Source: Trichosphaerium sp. ATCC 40318
Lineage: Eukaryota; Protista; Tubulinea
Reading direction: 5' to 3'
Length of the DNA stretch: 64,000 nucleotides
Assembly (NCBI GenBank): GCA_038496445.1
Contig: JALMLS010000062.1
Location: forward strand, 674,870-738,869
Made by a program: the position numbers and the translations under genes. The notes under the pieces are model-generated. The model was not told where the DNA came from. It saw only the letters and a list, made by a program, of their open reading frames with translations, and did no database searches. Shown here in pieces: positions 11,091 through 29,378 of this stretch (position 1 is the first letter of the stretch; every line of letters starts with the position of its first letter).

Positions 11091-11949
11091 CCTTCAGTTA
11101 TATCTTATCCAATAAAATATGCACACAATTAAAGTAATTGTTCGACACTTTCTCATGCAGCTTCATCTTTTGCCCATCTTACTCTATGGAGTTGGTATCC
11201 ATGTATCGTTTGTCTATCTTCCCATCACAAACCAATGTTTACAAAAAAGAATCGGAACTGGATCTGTGTTAAGCACCAACAAACTTTAATTCAAGGAACT
11301 ATGGATATGCAGTTGTTTCGAAAATAGAAATACTGAAAAAACATAGAGAATTTAGTAAAGGCCATCGGAGACACCTTAGCAAGCAACGGTTGTGTCTGTA
11401 CATACAAAATTTGTAGGTCGCTATATATGGCGTTATATCTCGGACTCTCACGGAGCCCGTTAAGTCTCGGATCATTATCTTCATGTTAACATAACGTTCA
11501 TATTTCGCAAGTTTTGTTTATTGGCCGCCGGGAACACTAATTAACGCGTCAAAGACACGTAGTATATTTACATCAACATTAAACAACTGCAACAAGGTTT
11601 TAGGCGGGGAAACTTTTTTTTTTGATGGCGCGTGTCATACGACACTAGGGCACCATTAGAAGTTTGGCTCTCTTACTGGGTTTGTTACGGGACAACTATT
11701 TTCCTTTTTGGGCTAGAGGCAGTACGGGATACCATTCTCGTGAATAAATGTAAGCTCCATAATTCCACTCATGGAAAGTGCCGAGCACGTGTGATCACCA
11801 GTCACGTAAAAAACAGCAAATTCACGTGAACTGTTTTTGGGTAAAGCAAGAAGTTTACCCATTTCTCACAAGCATCACAACACTTTAACAAATAATAAAC
11901 TAAATAGACGGAGGAACTAAACAAAGAGTAGATTTACCCTGACAAAAGC

Positions 11950-12761
11950 ATGGAAGATAATCTTAAAGAAGAAACTAAAAATAAGCATTATGACTTCACA
12001 ATACCTTTGGAAGACAACAACATTAGAAAACTATTGGTAGCATGTGCGCTAGATGTTTATAGATTCAAACAAGTTGGCAACTTCTCGCAACATCTGGAGC
12101 GAATAGGAGAACAGAAGGAGTATTTTACAAGTGGCAACTTCATTCAATATGGTTTATACAAAGTTCTTAAAGGCAAGTACGAGGGCAAGACGATACTAGC
12201 CCTTAGAGGAACAGACTCTGTATTCGGTGAGTAGTTTTTTTGTTCCTATTGTTTTATAGTACTGATGAACTGTGTAGGGGTGGTACAAGATGTATCTCTG
12301 ATTTATGCCGGACCAACTATTAGCAAGGCTAAAAAATATGCAGTAGCCATAGCAAAGAAACTGGAACCTGACTTTATCACAGGTCAGTAAAAAAACAACT
12401 TTAAGCTATTGCAACATTCCTAACTTTTATTTGTATAGGTCACTCACTAGGCGGAGCTCTCGCTGAAATGGCAGCGTCAGAAGTACCGCTCCCTGGAGCA
12501 TCATTTAATTCACCTGGAGTATATTCACGTTTCAAACGGTTCAATTTATGTGCAAAGAGCAAAAATTATGCTGGCATACAATACGAAGTGCACTTAACAA
12601 AAGGAGACATTTTTTCGAAATTCGCTGGTTGCCGATCAGCCAACACTGGACACATTGCCAGACCAATATGGCACAAAGCTGTTGCTGTACCTGAAGGTCC
12701 AAAGAACGCAAAAATAAAACACGGCATCAGGGGTTGTGTAGCCAGAATTGGGGAACTGTAA
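11950..12761 (+). CDS. Class-3 lipase-like alpha/beta hydrolase (3 exons)
   Basis: TILALRGTD, a spliced DFITG|HSLGGALAE nucleophile motif, SFNSPG, GDIFS and a C-terminal KHGI. Confidence 0.85.
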
Positions 12762-13229
12762 AAATTGTATAATAATATTCCCTTTTATCTCATGATTTCG
12801 TTGCTACACTTTTGCTAAACTAAGAATCCTTAAACTCACGACTTTTTGGAGGCAATCTCATCAATGGCAATAGAAGCTTTCAACACACGGCACATCTTGC
12901 TACAGCCTATACTGTTCATAAACTTGATAAAAACTTCTTTTGGAATGAATTGGAAAGAAAGTCTACTTTCACTATGACTTTACGTAGAAGAAACTCGAGT
13001 GTGCCTCTATGTATGCGATTTCAGTGGCGTTGTAAGCGACAGTCTTATGCAGGTTCACAAAAAAAGATTTCCCGCTTACACGTGAGAATTGTCTATTTTA
13101 CGGTGGTTTGAAATCCTCACACTACATTAACCTAGCTTGTTACAGTTCTTACTAATATAATTTCGCTAGTTAGAGCAGACCAACCTTATTGTTTACTGTA
13201 CTGTTACTCATCGACGCCTTTGCAGTTCA

Positions 13230-16200
13230 CGGAGATACACTCAACGCCAAGACTGTCGTAACTGTTGCGAAATTACTTACCTTGACTATGCTCCAACCGC
13301 CAGCGTTTAGAGACAAAAGTACGTGAACATCGCAAATGGAGGCTTCGTACGTGCATAATTGCTAATACAAAAATAACAGCGTATCCAGGCCCTTAATCGC
13401 CCCTGTGAACGAGCACACGGGTCGTCGTGGAGTCCGGAAGACTGTACATGCTATTAATAAGCGAAAGTATGCTTAGACTAATATTTCAACGCTAAAACCG
13501 CTAGGGGATCTTATTTTGCTGACTTAGCAAAGCACAGCAGTATTTTTTTTGGTGACACTTGGTATGGATTGACTTTCGAACTGTTGGTTGTGCTGATTAA
13601 CCTCTCCAACGCTGGATTATTTGTATGGAGCACTTACAGCAAGTTGGGAAAATGGTACTGCCGATAACTTATTGTTGATTTTTACAAGAGTCTAGGTATG
13701 ATTTCTTGCAAGCTGCTTACGCCGTTGTGTACGTCTATGATTTACCTAAAAAACCACGAGCAAATTGACGTGTAGATACGTTATTGACTTTATTGTTCAC
13801 TTGCTCATGTCGCCCTTAAAAGTACGTCTATCAACGTTGTACAACTGAGGTATTTACGAGTGAGTAGTGGAGATTTTTACTGGCACTGACATCCCTAATT
13901 GATTATGCAACAATACCTCTACTATTTGCAAACGCATTTATAACAAACGACATTAACATTGGATATTGGCGTGTCATGCGTTTATTCAGGTTCAATCACA
14001 TAATTCTCTTTTAAAAAATCCCTTCTCACAATACTTGTAGATTCTGGAACAAGGCCAAGTACCTCCCATTCCTCGGTGAGTAAAAAAAAAAAAAGAAAAA
14101 AAAAGAGGATTCATCACTTTCTTCTAACTAGATTTCAGAGGACTTGAGTATTGTTTTAAGACCATTGTACTATACAATTATACGCTTGGCTATCATTCTG
14201 ATTATATTGATTATCGTATTCGTACGTATTTGGTGACTTTTTTGTGCATACATGCTTTACGTGTAACGTATGGTAGGCTGGCGTGTTTCTTGATGTTGAA
14301 AACTTGTACAGGAGCAAGCACGGCGAACCACTCACGTACTGGGATTGTTTGTACTATCTCGTCGTTGTACGTAACTCTAGTGGCTTTATATGGCTCACTT
14401 TAACCTGCTACTTGCTTTAGACATTCTCAACAGTCGGATACGGAGACATCTCACCATCGTAAGTGCAAATTACTAGATTTTTCGCAGAGATTTTACAATT
14501 CCTGTAGGACGCCAGAATCTAAGCTTGTTGTTGTACTAATTATATTGGTTGGCTTGACAGTAATACCAAGTGAGCTTAGCGAGCTCCTTGATCTATTAGC
14601 TCAAACATCACGTATGTACATGCAGATTCTCTTGTCAATCCGTTTTTTTTGTACTTTACTCAAATGATTTGTAGGTTTTGATGGCAAGTACACGTCGTGG
14701 AGGCGAAAACACATTATCATTGCTGGGTACATTAATACTGAGAATGTGGAGGAGTTTATCGGCGAGTTTTACCATGAAGATCATCGTGGAACATTGAGAA
14801 AGAGAACAGTAATCCTTGCTCCAGGTAAACCTACACCTGAGGTGGTAAGCGGTCTTATGTATTTTTAGATGAGCCAGACAGAAGTTTGATAACAACGATA
14901 TCTCAGCCACAATTCGCCAGCTTAGTGCGTACTAACATTCAATCGTCGTGTCTCAGTATGCGCCTAACACACTATTGTTAAGGTCCGATATGTAAAAGGA
15001 AGTGTAATGAATGACTCAGATTTGGAGAGATGTTTAGCAAAGAAAGGTACATCAAACAACAAAGTTGAGCTGAACAAATTTGTTTGTAATTCACAAACTT
15101 TTCTGGCATTGAAGTAAAGTGTATCTATCAACTTATTTTTCAAACCAGCGGAGGCTGTATTTTTACTGGTCGATCCACAAGATTTTTACAATGAAGATAG
15201 AGAAAAAGTTGATGCGAGTACGACAAAACAGGAAAAGGAGTCTGCGATCTAAGTTTTTTTTTAGGCATTGTAATGCGAGCACTCTCATTGCGCAAGTACA
15301 TTACAGATATGTCCATCCCTGTCCACACTATGCTTATTACAGATAAATATGCTAACCACTTGCGTGGAGCTGGTGTAAACGTAATAGGGTCCATAGAGAC
15401 GCTTAAAATGGTACAATCACACTCCCTCCATTAAATATTTTTTACAACTTCTAATGTTATTAGGGATTGATGGGTTACACATGTGTTGTCCCTGGTCTAT
15501 CCACTATCCTTGCGAATCTAATCCTTACTTCTTCTCCTAATCCAGAGAAGAAGCATAAATGGCAGAGACAATATGGTACACAAGGATGACTGTACTGTTT
15601 GTATCTATGTGGCTAACATACACTTTGTAGACTACAGCAAGTCTCAAGAGATTTACCCTCTGTTAGCCCCACCTAACTTTCGTGGACATTCTTTTACAGA
15701 AGCTGCAATGGAGTGCTATCATGACAGTGAAGTGCTACTATTTGCAGTAACATACAAGATACAAGGCAAAGAAATAATCCTTTGGAATCCTGGTAAAAAG
15801 TTTGTGTTCAAGGTTAGTGTTCTCATCTTTGTTTTTTCCGTCGCTGATAACCACTTAGGGTGGCGAGCGTTGTTTCTTCATTGCAGATAATTTGGAAGAA
15901 TTAGACGGTGTGAATTCCATAAGATTCCCTGGAGACTCCATGGTACCACTTGAGTACCCTGCAAAGGAGCCTTTATTGCCTATGAAAAGGGCTATACAAA
16001 CAGTACAAAACATTATACTAGTATAACGACTATAACTTAGTATGTAGAAGGACTTTGATGGTCAAGTGAGGGAAGATGCAGGTTTGAACGAAGACGAACA
16101 GAAAGAGGTTTGTATTTGTCTTGTAAATTAGCCATATATGGCTTACACGTGTTTTCTTAGGCCGAAGAGCGAAAAAAAGAAGAAGAACTGGCCAAGGAAA

Positions 16201-17722
16201 CTTACGCTGAAGGTGAATCCGAGGATGTTATCGAGGATTTCGCTGAAATGAACTTATCTGATATCCCACATGGCTTAAAAAAGACGGAGGAATACAAAGG
16301 TATACAGCAATGTTGAAAAAGTTTGAATACTAAACAAGATGTACTTGTACAGACTATTTGGCAAAGGCACTCAAAAGCATAACAAGGTACCGTATTAAAT
16401 CCGGATTTAGGTTTTTTATTTTTTCTTTCTTAATACCTGTCAAGGACACGAGCAGCTGTTGACAACCACATAATTGTGACTGGATCAACACTTGGACTAC
16501 AACATCTACTCCGTGCGATAAGATCAAGTGATAGAGATGTACGTCATAACCTGGTCACCAATATACCGAACTCTTTACGTCTCATTACGTTTTTAGATAC
16601 CAGTGGTTATTCTTAACGAGGACGAGCCACAAGGTACGCTATAAAAGAGGTTACAGATAGCATACTCAACAATAAATTTGTAGATAGGTTTTGGGAGAAG
16701 AAACAGGATCTCAAACACGTTTATTTCGTTCGCGTACGATATTTATAAGCTAATGCATAGATGGTCATTAATATTCACTTTAGGGTTCTCTGCTTGATAG
16801 AAACGATAGAACGCGAGTACGTCATGAGTTTGCATCACGTGCAGTTGTGTTAGCGAATGGTTCTCTGCAAGAATGGTCCAACACCGAGAGGTAGCTTCAT
16901 TACTCTGTGTAATTGCAAAACTAATTTGGGATTAGAGCCTTAATGGATTGGAACGAAATTCTGGCTTACCTGGAGGTAGACAAGCTAAATAAACTGCTAG
17001 GCAACGCTTTCTTTGGCATCACTGAAATCAGTACGTTCTGCCAATCATTTTTATTCGAGACTAAATACATTGTCGCTTAGCTTATGAGAAGAATGTCAAG
17101 TACTTTGCAGGACACATTAGCTCCGAGGGAGACAATTTTTATGACTCGGTTCCTTTCGCTTCGGGACACTGTTTTTGTGTATCCCTACTAGACAATCTGT
17201 TGTGTCAAGTCTACTTCAAGGTACGTTTACCACCTCATCATCATCATGACGAATTTGTAACACTAACTGATACCTATCCTCTTAGCCATACCTTCCATTT
17301 ATTTTTGGTGGTATTCTATCAGACAGAGCGTTTTGTGTGCTTCGTTCTATACCTTTGCCAGCAGGTTTTGATGGTAAAACATTTAGAGAAGTATGGGATC
17401 ATCTCATCTCAAGTGAGCAATCAATTTTGCCTATAGCACTGTACCGCAAGTCAAAACAACGAGGGAGGATAACAGCGTACGCTCACTATCATGAATATAC
17501 TTTAAGACCTGTGTTTGACATACCATTTAAGGTCCGGAGAGCCATGGAACTCTTTTCCACTGACCAACCCACAACCAGATACAGGTACTTTTTTAGAAAG
17601 TGCTAAATCGTTTGTATTTACACCATCATTTAGAACTGTGCCGGTCGGATAAGATTATAGTCTGTATTCCTAAAAACTTGGCAGAAGACTTGAACGACTT
17701 TGATCCTTACGGCCAATTATAA
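13230..17722 (+). CDS. BK/Slo-type (Ca2+-activated) potassium channel, highly intron-rich; 5' end approximate
   Basis: TM segments, the pore motif TFSTVGYGDISP (~14420-14457), RCK-domain motifs (HIIIAG, EFYHEDH, YVKGSVMNDSDLERC, VPGLSTILANL, PFASG). Stop at 17720-17722. Confidence 0.85.
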
Positions 17723-17842
17723 ACCGAGCGATCAAGACGGTTGACAAGCTGCTATTATGTTATTGTTAAAGCAATCAAAAAAACACAATTTTTTTTAAAG
17801 AGTTCTTTTTACTTTTTTGTCATCCACTTTCAGACAACCAAA

Positions 17843-19128
17843 CTAATTTACATTGCTACTTCTTTTGTACATTACAATTAAAGTAACACAGATGAGTACT
17901 ATAGAACATAGAAGACTACCTTCAACACCAAAATTGGCACCACATATTGGCCCTTAGCGTCCTTAGTATCAACTATTTTTATTTTTGTTATTTGCTTACC
18001 TGGTTCAATGCTTGATTCATAGAACGAAGCAGAAACCGAATATCCGCTTAAGCGAGAACCCATCACATTGCTCTATAATCAAAAGATAAGAATCGGTGGC
18101 AACTAGAGTAATATGACAGTCGTACAACTCCGAAATTCCACATTGCATGAAAACCAATAGACAAGGCCAAACTATCACCTACCAATTATTTAAACCTTGA
18201 TACACGGATAACGTGAGCACGTGTATGCATGAGGGGAAACGATAGCAAAGCCCCCAACAAAAACAAATTAAACATCGCCACGCCAGTAATGTTTGCATTG
18301 AAGGCGTGCATCAAAGAGAAATAGGCGCTAGACAACAGCAGGCAAATCCACGATTCACGTGTTCCTTGAGGACGCCCAAAGTAGAAGGGAACACCTCTGG
18401 CCACCACTTCTTCATGAACGGCGTGCAAAAGCCATGTAAACCACCATAATGTCTTTTCTTCGGTTAGCGTACTGCGGTTGGTATAAACCTGACGCACCAC
18501 ATCTACAACATGCAGTTGCTTATCAACAGCCACGAAAGAAAGACATCCAAATCCCAGCAACAGTGCAACCACCAACAAAAGCTATAAAATCGCACGTGAA
18601 TCATCTACCAACCAGCACCCACGTACCACACAGCAAGAATACAAGGCACCAATAAGTAAATTGTATAGCTGAGTGGGATACCGTCTAGCATCTTGTAGGA
18701 TCCTAGGGTTTTTTCAGAAAAAAGAGTCGCTAAATTACAACTTGTACAACTTCTTACCATGCTGGACGTTCCTTACCACGCGCTCTTAGCGCTATAGATG
18801 CCAAAACGACAGTGTACGTTATGGAAACGCATACTAACCGCGACATGAACGCCTACACATTGTAACTGCGTTTTTAAGCGTATGTAGCGACTGTAAAGAG
18901 AGCTAACGTGACAATTACGTACTTGCAAAGCTGTAAGCGCAAAAAAGTGTGGTGTACTGAATATCGCCTTGTTAATCAGCTTTGGAATAGAAGAGGATAA
19001 CCCACAGATAAAAAAAATGAGCCAGCCTGACACAAAACCGATTAATACAAAATTGAATCAGCAACAATACAACCTCTTCTCAATGAAACCACGCCACCAA
19101 CCTCCCTCCAGAAGAGCTGAAAGAGCAT
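17843..19128 (-). CDS. CPBP (type II CAAX/Abi) intramembrane glutamic/metalloprotease
   Basis: Motifs AVHEEVVARG, FSLMHAFN, IGFHAMWNF and C-terminal GANFGVEGSLL, with multiple TM segments. The start is inferred from splicing. Confidence 0.82.
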
Positions 19129-19197
19129 TTTGAAGAATTGCTTGTAATTACAGGAGGACAAGTAACATAAGAAAAAAGGATGGCTTTATTTTACGAC

Positions 19198-20743
19198 TTA
19201 AAACATCCAATGCCCACGTTTTGCCTCAGTAACAAGCACCAAGGTGTTGTGTTGGTACAGAGCATCGATTTCGGCATAAACGTGGCGGACTGCACGTGTT
19301 ACAAAGGCAGAAGTTGTCCAAATGTGAAGAATTTGCTTTTTCCACCTGTACCGCTTGAGTACGCCTTTTGTGGAAGCCTATAGTGCGTAAGAATGGATAC
19401 ATTACAAAGGTAACGAATAATAGACGTACAATAACACCAAACAACTTTTTGTAGAGGAGGTCACGCACGCCGTCATAAGTAAAAGAGCGTCTAACGTGTC
19501 CCTTATGTTTCAAATCACGAAAATTAATAACACGCGTTACAGAAACGCCAACCGGTTCACCGTCAATGCACACGGAGTAATCTGTAATTTTGGACGTTGG
19601 TCGGTACTACAAGCTATCCGTCAGTACGACTGTTGATCCATACAACGCTAACGAACGTACTTGAATGTCCAATTCTGTGTGCAACAGCTCTGCGCCAAAA
19701 CAGGCGCGGATGACTTCAAAGCTCATGACTTCAGACCAAATCTATGAAAATAGATTAGTTTCGCGAGCGTTTTTTAAAGGCAACGGCTTTACTTACGGAA
19801 TTTCCACCAGCGTTGGGCGTCTCCAAGAGCGTACGACCGCCTGCAGTGAGCTGCACTGCATCTCGTGGTTTTGTAAAGACGCAGCGCGTGTCAATAAAAC
19901 CAGCTTTCGTTGGATGTGCCATCCAATTATCAAAGGTCGTGCGATTGGTTCTGGTCGCTTTGATTATGTATGTGGGTTCCAAAATCAAACAATTGAACGC
20001 CTACCGGGTCAAAAATTAGCGCTGTGTGGCGAAAGAAGCATTCGTACAGTTTGAGGAGGTCGTTTTGCTGGAGCGTAAAGTGGCTTGTAGTCTGGCTCGC
20101 GTTTCCAAGCCCATTGCTTGAATTTAGCATTCTTAACGCCATCTAGATAGAAATAAGCCAACGTGTTCAGAGTTGTGGAATTGAAGCGAATAATTATGTG
20201 AAAGGAATGTTGAATGTTTTAAACCACGTACCAGTTGTGTGGAGCTTGAAATGAGCAAATTTATCAAGTTCCGTTGCTATATACTTTTGTGGTCGTGGTT
20301 GATGCTGGTATATTATTTGTAGGAGTGTATGATAGTTTTTAGCGATGTAGGGGATAATTGTAGCCACTACTACCTCGCGACGATTTATGCAAGCCCAACG
20401 TACGGCACAAGGTCTGAAGAAGGCAATACAGTACGCAGCAAAGGGATTTGTAGCATTCGTATGAGTTCGCCAGGGGCTGTAAGGACCACGACTTGTCCAA
20501 GGTCTGCAAGGGTTGCGACGTGTAGTGGGGCGACGGCCAAGACAGATTTGAGTTGCCACAGGAAACCCAATACGGGGACGGAGTAGAAAGAGCTTTAACG
20601 ACCTGTGTTTGGGTTTGCGGCGCGTTTGGTTGAATTGTACGTGGCGTTTGCGGCGTGGTTGATTGAATTTTACGTGGCGTTTGTTCTTGTCGGTTATTAT
20701 TAGTATTCATTTGATTAGCGTTTTGTTGATTAATGACTTGCAT
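19198..20743 (-). CDS. AAC4-like protein (Dictyostelium AAC-rich mRNA clone AAC4 family) with N/Q/T-rich N-terminus
   Basis: Spliced core PNAGGNS|IWSEVMSFE...LLHTELDIQ|Y...KITDYSVCIDGEPVGVSVTR...LLYKKL...WKKQILHIW. Confidence 0.75.
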
Positions 20744-20901
20744 CGATGCGAAGAGCAGGGAGAGGTGGTTGTAAACAGAAAGTGTTCGTTGAACTTACGA
20801 CTTAAAAAAAATATTCTGGCTTATTCGACGAAATTATTCAATGAACAAACGTCTTTCGCGTATCATTTCTAAGTTGGTATTATTATCATTTACTGAGTTT
20901 A

Positions 20902-26607
<5,706 letters not shown>

Positions 26608-27050
26608 GTTCTACTGTGGTTTGATAGTGCTTTCCGTTTTGCACCTGAAAAGATAAGAAATTAAATACAAGACTGGCGAAAACACTCACAGTACGATAAA
26701 CAGTGCGACACAGTTTTTTCACAGTCAGGAGAAGCAGCCACCGCCGTTGTATTATGTGAGAAAATGTACTGCCAAATTCTCAACGCTCGTCCTTAACAGC
26801 AACCGTTTTTTACATTTAATATATGTCTGCTGTCCTCGTTGTAGCACTGCTATCGCTTTAGCCAATATAAGCTAAGTAGGCGCTGTACTGATTGGTGATT
26901 CTCAAAACTTCCCACCGCTTTTCTTGGGAACTATTACGCCGGGTACACTAATTTGGCTTTATTTTAAACACAACACCACCAGCCAGTGACTGACTCAGTG
27001 GCAGGTATGCTTTTTGTACTGACTTATTTTTGTAACGGCGGATTATTAAA

Positions 27051-27750
27051 TCAAGCGCCTTTGGCGACGGCTTTGTTCAACTTTACGGGTTCTAAAGTAT
27101 GTATAAGTTGTTTTAGATTTGTGACAAGATTTCAGTGTACCTAGAGGTCTGTCGTTCTGGTCTGTTTGAATAATCCCCATGCGTTGTACCGTGCGCATGC
27201 CAGACGTGACACGTCCAAATATCGTGTGTTTACCGTCTAACCAAGGAGAAGGGGCCAGTGTGATAAAGAACTGTGAGCCGTCTGTAAATGTCAGTCGTGT
27301 TTTGTACAAACAAATCTCTAATTGACAAAATGTCGCACTTGTATTAGGTCCGCTGTTGGCCATTGACAATATACCAGCGCCTGTGTGCTTCAAATCACGC
27401 GTAATTTCGTCTTCAAACTTGCCTCTTTGGTTGTGTCAGTTGCAATTTGATATTTTTGTTCACCAACTAAAAAAAGCAAACTTGCAGGTCAACGCACCCG
27501 TAAATAGACTCTCCGCCTCTACCAGTACCCGTAGGATCACCTCCTTGTACTATAAAGTCCTGAAAAAGCTTTGAGATTTACAATTAAATTGAAACCGTAC
27601 CGAAACGATTCTGTGGAATACTGTATTATCGTAATAGCCTCGTTTCGCTAATTCAACAAAGTTTTTGCATGTCTTCTCAGCGTGATCCCAATACAGTTCG
27701 AATTCAATCTTCCCTACGGAAGTAGATAGTTCTACAGTGCCTCTACTCAT
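27051..27750 (-). CDS. PPIL1: Cyclophilin-type peptidyl-prolyl isomerase PPIL1 (spliceosomal)
   Basis: [56 protein letters not shown] and [24 protein letters not shown]. Confidence 0.93.
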
Positions 27751-27830
27751 TTTGACGCGAAAAAAACAACGCTACACTTAAACAGCATAAGTCACTTTTA
27801 TTTAGTGCTGATAATTCAGTAAATGGAGGT

Positions 27831-28934
27831 TTAAGGTGTAAACAATCCCCGGTTGCTATCAAGGACGGGTGTTGTTGGTCGGCGCAATCTGTTTGTTGTA
27901 AATCTTCTCAACGTTGAACGTGCCTAATTGATGCTGTTAGCAACTGCTCAACAAGAGGTCAACTGTACATCAGCGAAGTTGTTTTCGTTTCCTTTGGAAT
28001 ATCGTAATGGAGACGTCGCTTTTAATCTATTTGGTGGTTTTCTCACTGGCGACTCTACACCAGAGCGTTCTGGCCTCGTGGGGCTAGAGTACATTCGCAA
28101 TCTATTAAACTGTCCTGCGCAGCACTTTAGCAAAATCAATGAGTGATAGCGTACTTGAGACGGGCCTCTTTGGTGGCGCGCTAAGAGAAGCGCGCAATAT
28201 CGGACCAGCACGAGGCGCCACGCGTGTAGGACGCTTGTCAAAAAACGACCTGTCAAGTGGCAGACTCTTTTTTGTTACAGCGGGTAATCCAATTCTATTG
28301 TCGCTTCCGAATGCCATACGCGGGCTCATAGATTCTCTCGTAGCGGCAGACAGTTTAGTTTTGAGATTTTCGATCTCGTCTACTTGCTTCCCGATGCGCC
28401 TGTTTAACTCATCCAAGCGTTGTTGGAGTGCTGTCTTTTCTCTACCCGCTTGAGCTTTGGATTGCGATAATTGCAAAGCGTGCTGTACTGAATAAAGTGA
28501 ATGAGCAGCGGCAACAATAGATACGTACAATCATGGAATTGTCTAGTCTACAAAATATTGAGATTGTAAATCAAATACCATGTACATGCGTACCTTGTCG
28601 AATACAAGGTACAGTTCTTCGCTGGATAGGCCAAGCAAGGCAAAGACTTTGTCGCTACGCACAATCAGCGACAAGGTAAATTGTATGTAGAACCTTGATA
28701 GAGTCGCATCTACTGCAGTAATGCCAGTGTTGCTTAAAAGATTAGGCAGAATACAATGCGCGTAACGGAGTAGACGCACCTGTCTAGGATGGCTTCACAC
28801 ACAGGGCACGAACGTGAGGATGAGAAATGTTTACGTGCGCACGATTCACAAAAGAGATGGAAGCAGTGAGTCACGTAGGCCACATTGGACGTCTGTCTTG
28901 ATTTGATTGGTGCCCAGCACGAGTTGCAACTCAT
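27831..28934 (-). CDS. HEI10: HEI10/CCNB1IP1-like (Zip3 family) RING - coiled-coil protein; internal exon boundaries uncertain
   Basis: N-terminal CNSCW...AYVTHCFHLFCESC...CPVC RING, then ALLGLSSEE (cf. HEI10 LAGLxPE), a coiled coil and an S/P/R-rich tail. Confidence 0.65.
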
Positions 28935-29378
28935 AAATGTGGACTTTGGTTTAGCAACTTTTGTAACTGAAATACACTTAAGTTTGTTTCACAACAGCAA
29001 CCAAACAAATGCTCAGAATCAAGAGCGCAGCAGGAACCTACTTGCTTTCCTTTGTCGAATAAACACATTCCTTGAGTCTAATTGTGCTGGTTTAACGACA
29101 CTTAACTTGACTTCTATTTCTATTGTGTGGATTGTGCCTGCTAATGTATTTGTCAAAACAGCGTATTTCGGTGAACTGCGCACATGTTAAAATAATTAAA
29201 CGATTAACAAGCCATCATAACATAAGTACGCTATTGAGCGGTACTCTCAGGTACAACCAACTTGCGTTACCGGTAATTGTACAGTCAGACTTAAGCGCTA
29301 GCACACTTTTTGTGTAGCACGTAAAAGCCATAACCAGAAAATTTTCACGTCGTTGGCCGCTCCTGCGCTACTTTACTA

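Noticed and set aside
12790-13060. Exon-like minus-strand stretch (FQFIPKEVFIKFMNSIGCSKMCRVLK)
   Set aside because: No start codon or family could be supported.
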